In this document: positions 22,574 through 34,287 of the stretch, in pieces
Layout of the letters: each line of letters opens with the position of its first letter
Numbering within the stretch: position 1 is the first letter of the stretch
Assembly: GCF_020745735.1 (NCBI RefSeq)
Contig: NC_083450.1
Span: 4,481,479-4,545,478 of the forward strand
Origin: Hemiscyllium ocellatum
Taxonomy: Eukaryota
Length of the DNA stretch: 64,000 nucleotides
Direction of reading: 5' to 3'
Made by a program: the position numbers and the translations under genes
The notes under the pieces: model-generated
Database searches by the model: none
The model's input: the letters and a program-made list of their open reading frames with translations, nothing else
What the model was told of the DNA's origin: nothing

Positions 22574-23786
22574 TTTTAAAAAAAAATTACTTTACATCAA
22601 GTCAAGAATTTTTCATGACTGGAGGAGAGTACATAGTTGGGAGAGTTGAATGGGGAGGTGAAAGAGGTAAGTGAGGGACGAAGGGGCTACTCAAGGACAA
22701 AGGAGGGGCTAGAAGAGTTTGCACTGAGCGTAGCAGCTATAAAAGATCACAGAGATAAGGAGGCATGTAGGACCTGGAGAAGACTGCAGAGATATGGAAG
22801 GCTGTAGGTGCTGGATTCTGATACGGATATGCAGAGTGTGCAGAGGCTGGAGGAGGTTATACAGAAAGGGAGGATGTAAGAGCAGGAGGAGGTTACAGAG
22901 ACAGTGATGAATTTTGAGTCTTGAGGGGTACACAGATAGACTCATGGAGTTATGCAAACCGGATATAGACCCTTTCGTCCAAATCACCCAGATCTGCTGA
23001 TTTAATCTAGTCCTACTTACCAGATTTTGGCCCATATCCCTCTAACCTCTTCCGCTTCATGTACCTATTGAAACACCTTATCAGTATTGTAATTGACCCC
23101 ACTTCTGTCACTTGTTCTGACAGCTTATTACATACACACATAATCCTCTATGTGAAAAGTTGCCCCTCAGATCCCTTTTAAATCTCCTCCTTCCACAATG
23201 CCCTCGATGTTTGTACTACCCTATCCTGGGAAACAGACTTTAGCTATTAACCCTGTGCAAACTTCTCATGATATTATAAACCTTTGTAAGGTTTGTAAAT
23301 CTCTCAGCCTCTGATGCTCTAGATTCAATTGCTCTATTCAACCTCTCCATGCAGTTCAAACCCTCCAACCCCAGCAATATCCTTCCGAATCTTTTTCTGA
23401 ACACTATCAAATGTAACAACATCATTCATGTAGCAGAATTCAACACAGTATTCTAGAAGTGGCCGAACCAATGTTCTGTACAGCTGCAACTTGAGCTACC
23501 AACTCATATACTGAATGCACTGATTAATGAAAGCAGGCTTGCCAGAGGCCTTCTTCACCACCCTTTCTACATGTGGCTCCACTTTCAAGGATCTGTGCAC
23601 CTGTGCCTTCAGGTCTCTTTATTTAGAAATACTCCACAGGGCTTCTAACAAAGAATAAATACTGTTCTCATTTGTTTGGCCAAAATGCAATTGGGATGTA
23701 GGGGCTGGAAGAGTTTACACATTTTGGGAGGATTTGTCACTGGAGTAGGCGAGAGATTTAAATAGGAAAGATATGGACAGGTGCAA

Positions 23787-24001
23787 ATGTGTTGCTGGTC
23801 AAAGCACAGCAGGCCAGGCAGCATCTCAGGAATAGAGAATTCGACGTTTCGAGCATAAGCCCTTCATCATTCCTGATGAAGGGCTTATGCTCGAAACGTC
23901 GAATTCTCTATTCCTGAGATGCTGCCTGGCCTGCTGTGCTTTGACCAGCAACACATTTGCAGCTGTGATCTCCAGCATCTGCAGACCTCATTTTTTACTC
24001 G
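23787..24001 (+). mobile_element. Fold-back Penelope-like mini-insertion with 19-bp TSD
   Basis: Perfect 88-bp inverted arms 23782-23869 and 23874-23961. TSD aagatatggacaggtgcaa at 23768-23786 and 24002-24020. Hammerhead at 23869-23904. Confidence 0.88.
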
Positions 24002-25114
24002 AAGATATGGACAGGTGCAAGGGCTCCAGGAGATAACAGAGAGGAGAATGGGTGTCGGGGCTGGAGGAGGGAGGAGAAATTGGGAGTACATCACAACAAT
24101 GAGGGAGAGATGTGCAGAGGCTGGAGGAGGAGAAACTCTTAGGTAGATGGTGTAGGAGTTGGAGGACGTTGAAGCAATAGCGAGTGTTGCAAGGCGTGAG
24201 ATATATCCAGAGGTAGGGAGAGGTGTAGAGTTTGGAAGGTGTGACAGAGATAGGGAGGTATATAGGGTCTGGACTTGATTCCAGAAATAAGGAGAGGTGT
24301 TGGGTCAGTGGACTTAAATGAAGTAGGGAGTAGTGTAGTATCTAGAAGATCTTATAGAGATAGGCAGGATTGTTGTGGAGGGAATTGCAAAGATATGGAG
24401 GTTAGTAGGGGCTGGTGGAGATGACAATGGAAGGTTATGAGGAGCTGAGGTGCTCAACGTGATAGAGAGGTGTGAAAGCACTGGAGGGGTTGGCAGAAAT
24501 AAGGAGGAATTTTGGTGCTAGAGAAAGTGTCAGAGATAGATTTGGGTGTAGGAATTGGAGACGTGATGGAGAAATGGCAAGATATCAGTGCTGGAGGAGG
24601 TGACAGAGATAGGGAGGAGTTTAGGGCTGGAGGGGGTGACAGAGATTGAGAGGAGTGTAGGAACTGGAGGGCTGCCAGAAGATAGAGAGTGGGGTGGCAG
24701 CTGGGGGAAGTGACAGAGATGTTGATTGATGATGCGGTTGGAATTAGTTACAGAGTTGGGGGGTGTTAAGGGGGCGATTGGAGATATCTGGGGAATGGTG
24801 TTGACACCTGAGATGGCTTCAGAGGTAGGAATGGGTGCAGGTAATGGAGATTGAAATAACGAGGAACCCAATGTCTGGATGAAGTCGCAGAGATATTGAG
24901 GCTGATCGGGATATGGAGTAATGTAGGGGCTATCAAGATTACAGAGATAGCGAGAGATGTATCAGCTTGAGAAGGACACAGGGAGAAGTACAGGTATAGA
25001 TGCTTCAATAGGTGAAAGCGATAGGGAGGGATGTAGGGACTGAAGGACTTTACAGAAATAGAGAGGGGACTATGTGCTGGAGCAGGTGGCAGAGATAAGG
25101 AGGGGTGTAGTGAC

Positions 25115-25252
25115 CAAAAGAGAAAATGCTGGAAAATCTCAGCAGGTCTGGCAGCATCTGTAAGGAGAGAAAAGAGCTGACGTTTCGAGTCTAATTGACC
25201 CTTTATCAAAGCTGATTCAGATTCCAGCATCTGCAGTAAATAGTTTTTATAA
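25115..25252 (-). mobile_element. Penelope-like mini-insertion (third family), decayed hammerhead, 12-bp TSD
   Basis: Minus strand reads agct TTGATAA A GGGTC-aatta-GACTC GAAAC GTC agct. TSD gggtgtagtgac at 25103-25114 and 25253-25264. Empty site at ~45720. Confidence 0.7.
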
Positions 25253-27949
25253 GGGTGTAGTGACATTAGCTTTTTTTACGGAAACAGGAAGAGTGTTGAG
25301 TTTGTATGAAATGACAGAGATAGGAAGTGATGTAGTGTCTCGGGGGCGTTATAAAGATAGGAAGGAGTTTTGAGTTTGGAGAGGATTGCACAGATATGGA
25401 GGGTTGTAGGGGCTGGTGGAGACAATGGGGAAGGGTATAGGGACCTGAGGTGGTTATGGCAAACGGCAAGGATGTAGGCAGTGACAGAAATAGTGAGGAA
25501 TCTAGTGTCTGGAGGAAGTGGCAGACACAGGGGGATGAAGGGAAAACTAATGGAGACGAGGGCGATGCGGCGGCATTTAAGGGCTGGAGGACATAAAAGA
25601 GATCAGAAACTTCTCAGGTGCTGAAGAAGATAAGAAGGGTTGAAGAAGCACATGGTGATAGAGTGCGATAGATAGATTGGAGAATGATACAGAGGGGTGG
25701 TTGGTGTAGGACTGGAAAATTTTTCAGAGAAGAGAGTCGTTCAGAGGCTGGAGGTGTTTCCAGAGTTAGGGAGAGGCAAAGGGCCTGAAGAAGGTTTTAG
25801 AGATATTGAGGCGCGTCGGGCCTGGAGGAGGTAACAGAGGTAGGAAATAATACACGAAGCGGAGGAGATGATAAGGATAAAGAAGGATTTAGTGGCTGCA
25901 GGTGATTATAGAGATAGTATTGAGGTAGTTGCAGAAGGACGAATGGGTATAGGTGGCTGTTGAGGTGACAGAGATAGGAAAATGTGCATTGGCTGTTAAG
26001 GTAACAGATATAGGGAGGCCTGGAGGAGCTGGAGAATGTTTCAGACAGAGGGAGCTGTGCAGGAGATGGAAGATGTTAAAGCGATAGGGAGAGGTGATGA
26101 ATGAGTGAAAGCTGGTGTGAGAGCTGGAGCTTGGGTGATTGGGAACAGGAGAGACCTGGAGACTGTGAGATTCCAGAGGATGGAAGCGCAGGTGTCCACT
26201 TATTGGATTCTTTCACGTGACCCGGGCTATTGTGCCTCGTTTATGTAAATGTGTGACATGTCTGAGAAGGTGAGGATTTGATGGCGTCTCTGCATTTTCC
26301 CTCCAGCTCATGGGTGAAGCTACATCCGCCTGCGTGATGTTTTGTAGCTGACGACAGATGGTGCAGATGGTGCCAAAGGGTACTGCTGCTAATGCTGCTA
26401 CTAACTGTTCAGTGATCAGAGAAGTTTCAGTTCCTCCACTGACATTTCCCTCCCTTTCCACTCCATCTGGAGTGAATGACCACATCACCTGCAACTTCAC
26501 AAATAGCATCGCCCCAGCTCTCAGGATCTAAAATGAGGCACTTGAAACGCCACTAAGGTCCCTCGAGATCGAGACCTGCAATGCATTGAACTCAGATGAA
26601 AACAGCTCTTCGACCATATGAATCATCATTGGGGTGGCTTTCATCAGACTGCTAAATGGTTGTTAATGTATAGCAGCTTTCAAAGCAACAAACCTTAAAA
26701 TAAAATCGAACACTCCATTTCAGACAGAGGAAGCCATTCAGACCTTCCACCTTTCTCAGCCGATCATTACAATGAAGGGTGGCTGTTTCACAATTCCAAT
26801 TTCCTACCCTATTTCCATGGAGTCATTTACTGGACAAAGTTTTAGCCATTAGGGCCTTCCATAGGTAGCGAGAATACGGGTTCAAACTCTGAGCGAGAGA
26901 ACCTCTCTTCATCTCAGTCCAAAGTAAGTGCTCCTTGCACAAGCTCTTTCAGAAATATACCATTTTTATATTCCACCAACTGAAACACATAGGTCTCCAC
27001 ATCAAAGTCCATTTACAACTTCCGTCCCCAATTACTTATGCAGTCTACATTCCATTTCAGCCTTGCTATTTCATCTCAAAGTCTACCCTCCCGAAGAGTT
27101 TCGTATCTTCAGCTGCTCCTTCACTGATTTCTCTTCACTGATTTAAATCATTGCAAGACAAAGGCCAGCAGTGCATCTCCTCTGCCAGGTGTGCTGACTG
27201 GTCTGTGAATAGGTTTTTGAAAGGGGTATGATTAACATTGGAGAGATCAAACAAAGCTTAATGTCACAGAGTCAGAAAGGTTTCCAACACAAACAAAAAA
27301 ACAGGTCTTCCAGCCCATCAAGTCTGTGCTGGTCAAAAATGATCCCCTAATCTTCCTAATCCTATTTACCAGCATTTGCATTCCTAAATGCTTCTTCAGT
27401 TATATGCGGGTTACTGCTTCTACCACCCTCACCAGGCAGTGTGTTCCACATTGCCAGCATCCTGTTGGTGAAAATAATTTTCCTCACGTGTTCTCGAAAC
27501 GTCCTGCTCCTTACCTGCAACCAATGCACCCGGTCAGCATGGACGAGTTGAGCTGAAGGACCTGTTTCTGCACTACAGGCCTGTACGACTTTGTCACTCC
27601 ATGACATCAAGGAAGCTCAGAGAGTGAAAAGAGAATTGTAAATTAAGAAAGAAACTGCTTTTGTTTTCAAGAGGTTTTGGACATAGTTCTCCAGGCGAAA
27701 GGGATCAAAGGGTATTGGGTGAGAAGTGGGAGCAGGGGACTGTTTTGGACGATCAAGCATGATCCTATTGAATAGGCTCGATGGGCTGAGTAGCCTGCGT
27801 CCGCCCTATTTGCTGTATTATTATGAACACAAACTCACTTGTTCACTGTTTGGTAAATCCGAAAGTTCAGATGATGGAAAATGATGTGAGAAACCAGAAA
27901 TAGATCAGTGAAAGCCCAGAGTGTCGATTTCCCTTGTCTCTGCCCCTTC

Positions 27950-28070
27950 ATTTGCATTCTGGTGCATAAATACAGGCGGGAGGGCCCTTTACAGTTCACC
28001 GACGCTTGGTGGAAGGGCCCTCGGCTGTGCATAACAAACCCTTCGACTGAAGGCAACACCTGGACAACTG
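27950..28070 (+). promoter_or_regulatory. Ig promoter of cluster 2
   Basis: ATTTGCAT 27950-27957, ATAAATA 27966-27972, E-box CAACTG 28065-28070. Confidence 0.8.
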
Positions 28071-28103
28071 TTTCAGTGCATTCTGCAGCAAAAAACGTTT
28101 TCA

Positions 28104-28143
28104 ATGCTGTATCTGCTGTTGGCTTTGCTGCTCCATGTAACAG
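28104..28143 (+). CDS. IgL leader exon, cluster 2 (open; upstream ATG mutated to ACG)
   Basis: MLYLLLALLLHVT+G, phase-1 donor G|GTGAA. Homologous to the cluster 3 leader. Confidence 0.8.
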
Positions 28144-28227
28144 GTGAAAAATTGCTCTGGATTACTCCCTGGCCATTAAATACTGGCAAAGTCTCTCACT
28201 GTATGCACTTTGTTTGCTTGCTTTTAG

Positions 28228-28558
28228 GTACTTTGGCTGTTCTTGTCCTCAATGAGATCCCGTGTCCGACCCAGTCTCCGCTGGTCAGACCGCCCGATTG
28301 AAGTGTGCGATGTAGAACTATAATGTGGGCAGCTATTATGTGCACTGGTACTGACAGAGTCCCGGAGAAATCCTGGTGTGCGTGATCGTACATTGTATCA
28401 ATGGTACAATATCCGGGGTGACGGCTTCACTGATCGTTTCCAACCTTCTGGAGACACCTCCAGTAATAGTTTCATCCTAACCATCGGAAACCTGGTCTCT
28501 GATGACTCCACTGTCCATTGCTATCAAGTCTATAATAGCTCAGCTGGTTATCACAGTC
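28228..28558 (+). pseudogene. IgL V pseudogene, cluster 2, with destroyed 12-RSS
   Basis: Aligns to V3 but has frameshifts (~28262 and ~28400) and in-frame TAG and TGA. YYC is changed to HCY. Heptamer CACAGTC (28552-28558) is followed by a 9-bp spacer deletion. Confidence 0.92.
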
Positions 28559-28899
28559 AATGCAATAACTCAGGGTGCACAACCGCTCAAATTTACAACA
28601 GCGTCTGAAATATCTCTGGCTGAGGAAATGTCACCACCTCCATCAATATCCTTCAGTGCAATTTCTTTCTCAGCCCAGCTGAAGTTTGAGGTGTTTCTAT
28701 CAGATCTCCAGGCTTGTTAGAGTCTGGATCAAACCCTGTGTAGTGTTAACAGAGATGAGAGGGACTGCGAAATCTCGCTCCAGTCTGTGAATCGGTCCAA
28801 CCCACACACCCTTCATTTCCACGAGAAAGACTCAACGTGGAAAAGGACAGATTGCTAATATTTGTTTCCTTCTTCACCCCACTTTCAGCCCTCGGTGTA

Positions 28900-28976
28900 G
28901 TTTCTTGATGAGCCACAGCATTGGAATGCCTCTCTGTGATTCATCTTCGGAGGTGGGACTGCTCTGACTGTTTGCA
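28900..28976 (+). CDS. IgL J segment, cluster 2, with 23-RSS (intact)
   Basis: gtttcttga-23bp-ctctgtg (28932-28938). Coding 28939-28976 FIFGGGTALTVC, donor A|GTAAGT. Confidence 0.9.
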
Positions 28977-29129
28977 GTAAGTGATTGTGTTTTCTCTCTA
29001 TTTATCATTCAGCTTAGTTCAATTTTTATCCCTTCAGTGTCCATTCTGTTCTCGATATTTCGCCAATTCACCATTTAACACATTTAGCAACAAATTGAAC
29101 TTCCGCATAAAAGTCTGTGTTATATAACA

Positions 29130-30914
29130 ATTCAGTCACTCACTCTTTCACTCACTCATTCACTCATTCACTCACTCACTCACTCAGAGAATCACAGAAG
29201 TTAAAGTATGGTTTATATCAATAAGTCTCTCACATAATCGCACAGGTCAGAGCATGAATAATGTGCTCGCATTCACACACACACGCACACACGCACACAC
29301 GCACAAACACACACGCACACACGCACACACACACGTCTAATGGATTACATCAATATACGCAATTCTCTCACACACATACAGTTCGGTGCTCTTTTCGTAA
29401 TCACAGTAACACACAGATCAGAATATGATTCACAGCAATAAATTATCTTCCTCTCCCCCTCTGTGACACACACTTGTCAATGTTACATTGATCATTCTCT
29501 TTCTCACTGAAGTATGCAGCGATCAGAGTTACTAGTAATTATTATTAAAAATTCTATGTCACTCACACACAGATCAGAGACTATATCAGTCATTCGCACA
29601 GACATACTGGTCAGCGTTACATGAATAATTCACTCCTATACAGACAGCCACAGGTCAGAACATTATTTATATTGAGCTATCTCTGTCTCTCTCTGTCGCC
29701 TTCTCTCTCTTTCATGTACAGATGAAGACACACATACACAAGTCACTGTGTTATTTATATCAATCACTCTTCCTCTCACAAAAACACGCAGGTTAGAGAT
29801 TATATCAGTAATTCGGTCTCTCACACACAGGTCAGTGATACGTTAATAATTCCATCGCTCAAAATGCATACAGGTCAGAGATTCTAACGATAATTCTCTC
29901 ACACACACGGGTCCGAGATTCAAACAATAATTCTCTGTCACATAAACAACTCAAGAGTTCCCCCAATACTTCTCTCTGTAGTTAACACGTAAAGTACACA
30001 CGGGTCAGAGATTATAACAATAAACCCCTAACACCAACACGTCTGGATGTTATCTATATTTTAGTAATTCTTTTTCTCTCAGAGGTCAAAGGTCCTCTGT
30101 CTCTCTCATAGGTCAAAGCGTTATTTGCATTAATATTTCTCGCACACACGAACGCAGATAGATCTGAGATTATATCAATGATCATCGCACACATCTAGGT
30201 CAGTGTAATATTGATAATTCTATTTCTTACAAACACAGACAGTTCAGAGATTATATGAATAATTCTCTCTTACACACACCGGTTAGAGTTACGTTTATAG
30301 TTATCTCACATAGTTAAAAATCACATAACACCAGGTTATAGTCCAACAGGTTTAATTGGAAACACACTAGCTTTCGGAGCGACGCTCCTTCATCAAGTGG
30401 TTGTCTGATGAAGGAGCGGCACTCCGAAAGCTAGTGTGTTTCCAATTAAACCTGTTGGACTATTACCTGGTGTTGTGTGATTTTTGTCTTTGTATACCTC
30501 AGTCCAAAACTGGCATCTCCAAATCATGTCTCACATAGACACACACAGGTCAGTCTATTACTTACATCAATCTTTCTCTCTCTTCCTCTCTCTCATTCGT
30601 ACAGGTCAAAGTTACACTAATGATCTGTCTCTTTCTCAGACACAGTCACACTGGTCAGGGTGTTTTATTTATGTTAATGATTATCTCTCCCTATCTCTGT
30701 CTCTCGTCTTGCCTCTCTCCCACCTATCCTACGCATCCAGCCAACACCACAACAGTAGAATGCTCAATGTGGTGATTCTCCCTCTCGCTCATACAATACG
30801 CAGGCACAGCTCTGAGATTTAATCAAGAATTCTCTTTCACACAAAGAGATCAGCGTGCAATTTATATTAATAATTCTTTTACTGTCTCTCTCGATATCCT
30901 CTCTCTCTCTCTCT

Positions 30915-30949
<35 letters not shown>

Positions 30950-31260
30950 AGAGAGGACGGCGTGTAAAATATCCATCATTTTCTCAGTCTTTCTCTCTCT
31001 CTCATACGCAAACTCTAGCACATCCTTCAGAACGCAAAACATAGAAATAAATCTGTCTCCCCTTCTGTGTTTCTCAAATAAACACAGGTAAGAGTCTCAG
31101 AGATTAATAATGCTGTCTCTCACGAATATGCACATATGAAGCCAAAGTAATATATATTAATAATTTGAAGTCTCAGTCCCTCGCACACAAAGGTCACAGT
31201 CTTGCGTAATTTTCTCTCTCTCACACATCGGTCAGAGCGTTTTTATTAATACACTTAATC
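29130..31260 (+). repeat. J-C intron ~40-bp satellite, cluster 2, with (CACT)n, (CA)n and (CT)n runs
   Basis: CAGGTCAG-type motifs at 29789, 29828, 29871 and 29908 (spacings 39, 43, 37). Confidence 0.75.
30314..30528 (+). mobile_element. Fold-back Penelope-like mini-insertion (second family), 10-bp TSD
   Basis: 80-bp inverted arms 30316-30395 and 30406-30485 (4 mismatches). CTGATGA A GGAG..CTCC GAAAG CTA core. TSD tctcacatag at 30304-30313 and 30529-30538. Confidence 0.85.
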
Positions 31261-31288
31261 GTCTTTTGCCCTCTTTCCCCACACACAG

Positions 31289-31611
31289 GTAGTGATGATC
31301 GGAAACCATCTGTCCTTCTGCTCCCTCCTCCCCCAGAACAAATAGACACGGGGTCAGCCTCTCTGTCCTGTCTGGTGAGTCACTTTAAGCCGGGCCTTGC
31401 ACAGATCCTCTGGGGCATGGATGGGAAAGAGACAGACAGCAGGGTGGCCACAAATGCTGTGCCCACGGACAGCGATCAAAGCTACAGCCTGAGCAGTTAC
31501 CTGACAGTCTCGGCCACTGACTGGAAGAAGGGCTCAAGATATTCCTGCAGTGTGAGGCACGGTTCACTGAACTCCCCTCTCCTCAACACCATCAGCTCCA
31601 GCGACTGTTAG
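31289..31611 (+). CDS. IgL constant exon, cluster 2 (open frame)
   Basis: cacAG|GT AGT GAT GAT CGG.. = SDDRKPSVLLLPPPPEQIDTGSASLSCLVSHFKPG..W..YSCSVRHGSLNSPLLNTISSSDC*. 323 nt, both domain Cys, Trp and terminal Cys present. AATAAA at 31892-31897. Confidence 0.9.
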
Positions 31612-33048
31612 CTCTAAGGTGTACAATGTCCCAAATCAGTCATTATGCATGATGTGGCGTTTTATTGTTTTAGTTTTGCAATGTAATTTCTACAACAATG
31701 TCATTATTTTGCGAATATTGAAGGGTATCAGGAGTGGATGAAATGATTATTCCATTTGGTGAGTGGAGATTTCCTGCTTCAATTGTCAACAGAATTTTGT
31801 GTGCAAGCTCTCGTTCTGGGTAGAATGGGAGTAATCTCGCCTTTTAGACGATGACCATGCTCCATTTGTGAATTTTGGAAACACAGCTATGAATAAATAT
31901 GAAATGGTGCCACGAAATGACTGTCCCTCATTATTAAACATTAAAAGAGTCACTGAGGAGTTTGGCATTGGATACTTTACACATGTGACAATATTACACG
32001 GTATTATATTAGGTAATGGCATGGAATCTCACATCAATAATTTTAACCTTAACTACTCCCTAATGGCGTGAATCCCCCAATCTCTCCCTACTCCCTGTGA
32101 GAGTGATTCCTTATTCTTCCCCACTCCCTGTGGTAGCTAGTCTCTCAATCCTCCTGGCTGTAGAAGTTCCTCTTGGATTTCTGACTGAATTTATTGTGAT
32201 ACTGACCAACTTGGGTATTGTTTGCTGAAGAAACATAACACTCAACTCTACACGGCCCTCAGGAGTTTTGAAGCCTCAATCATGCAAAGTCACTCTGTCC
32301 TGAATCTTGGCCTCTATATCTGAGGGCAGTCTAACTAACAAACATAGTTCGAGGTTGCATTGTGTAAACCACATGCTGTGTCAGGGACAGCACGCTGTTG
32401 GGCAGAAACGAGAAACCTCCAGAATTGCCAGCCTGTTTCCCAGTATAGCTCTATATGTGTTCACACCCATACTACACACACAAACAACACACACGTGCAC
32501 ACACACATAAATGCCCTGGTCTCTTCACACTGACAACAGTGAGATTTGACCCAACCTCAACGTCTGTGTGATGGACAATGAGAATTCTCTGAGAGTGTGG
32601 GGTCTTTGTCCAGTCCCATATCTTCCAAAGTGAACTATCCTTACTTAACCAGGGAAACGCTTGTAAGATATAGGCTAAGGTAGTTGGGAGAAACTTTCCC
32701 CCAAAAAAGAGGGTTACGACTCGAATTTAGAAGGGGAGGGTAGTTGGAAATGGAGGTTTTTTTTGAGCCAGTAATGCATTGTAATCACGGATTCAACAGG
32801 AACTTTTAACAAGTGGGTGGAGCTTAGAGTAGGGCTTTGGCAGAACGACAGATGGGGGCATGTGGACTGTGGGTGAGCTAAGTTGCGGCTTCAGTCATAG
32901 TCCCAGTTAACAGCAGGATGAAGATAAGAAATTCTGGCCGGGAATGTTGACACTTACTAAAACATTTAAAAAGGCTTTAAACATTCAAAAGCTTGAAGCT
33001 TCATTCCAAGCACAAACCACATCTACATATACATCCATAAAAATATAT

Positions 33049-33084
<36 letters not shown>

Positions 33085-34233
33085 TAAGCACACTTCATCT
33101 CTTTGAACACATAAATCTCTCTCTCTCACTCGCACACACATTCCTTCTCTTAGGCACACTCACTCTCTCACTTGCATAGACATTGACAAACACTCCATCT
33201 GTCACACACAGTCACACATTCTCTCACTCCTACATGCAGTCTCTCTAATAACCCCTCTCGCTCACACACACGCCGTCCTTCTCTTACACAAACCCTCTTT
33301 AACTCTTCCTCTCACACGCATACCTTCCCTTTTTAACACACTCACTTAATGCATGCATTCGCAATTTCTGTCCCTTTAACACTCTCTCTCTAAATCTCCT
33401 TCTCTGTCTTTCTCTGGCACTCCGTCACATACTCTCTCACACACACTCTGCCCTTTTCACATGCTTACTCTCACTCCTCACACAGTCACACTTCTTATGT
33501 TTTACACACTCTCCCTAATTTCCACCCTCAATCTCTCTTACACTCGTCTTCTCTAACTCTCATACACCCATCTCTGTCTCACACACACACACTTGCAATT
33601 TTTCACGTGCTCTCATTCTTTCGTATACTCTCACTCCCACACATACACACATTTCTCTTTCTTGCTGGAACTCTCTCAAACTCTTCCTCACTCACAAACA
33701 GTCATCGACTTTTATGCACGATGCACTCCAACTCCTTTCCTCTCAGATTTACAGTCACGCACACGTTCCCTTGCTCGAACACATTTTTTTTTATCTTTTC
33801 ACGTGGTCTCTTTCACACAAACATAGATATAGAGTAGTACAATTGAAGCTAAGACGAGGGGAAATTTCTTCACGAGGCGGATGGTGAACCTGTGGAATTT
33901 TCCAACACAAAACGCTGTGAAGACCAAGTCATTAATCTCTATGTTAGAAAATACGTGTTTTCTAAAGGCTAAAGCTGTTGAGGGATATTGGAAATAATGG
34001 CAGAATACACTGAGATCGAGGTTGGGTTATAATGGCATTGAATGGCAGGGTCAAATGGGTCAAATGGTCTCAGACTGTTCCTGCTCTCTATATTTGGCAC
34101 AGACAATGACATACACATATAGAGAGGGACATACAAAAACACACACAAATTAATATCTTCTATGTAGATCCAGAGTGGAAAACACATTTAAACATAGTTA
34201 GAGATCACTCCACAATTAACCAGGCACTTGTCT

Positions 34234-34287
34234 CTCGATGGGCCGAATGGCCTTACTTCCACTCCTATGTCTTATGGTCTTATGGTC
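34234..34287 (+). mobile_element. Tiny CR1 3' tail insertion
   Basis: gatgggccgaatggccttacttccactcctatgtcttatggtcttatggtc, same tail as 18979-19131. Absent at paralogous ~56000. Confidence 0.8.

Larger units (their letters stand above)
22600..26160 (+). repeat. ~37-bp purine-rich minisatellite with embedded old CR1 3' fragment (~22920-23690, minus strand)
   Basis: Same unit as 10860. Homologous arrays at 43050-46650 and 61550-64000 carry the same embedded CR1 remnant. Confidence 0.75.

Noticed and set aside
22600-26160. Class-switch (S) region
   Set aside because: It lies upstream of light-chain V promoters, not heavy-chain C exons. AGCT density is modest and light chains do not switch.
29130-31260. 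CRISPR-like repeat-spacer array
   Set aside because: This is eukaryotic DNA with degenerate tandem units, no constant repeat with unique spacers, and no cas genes.
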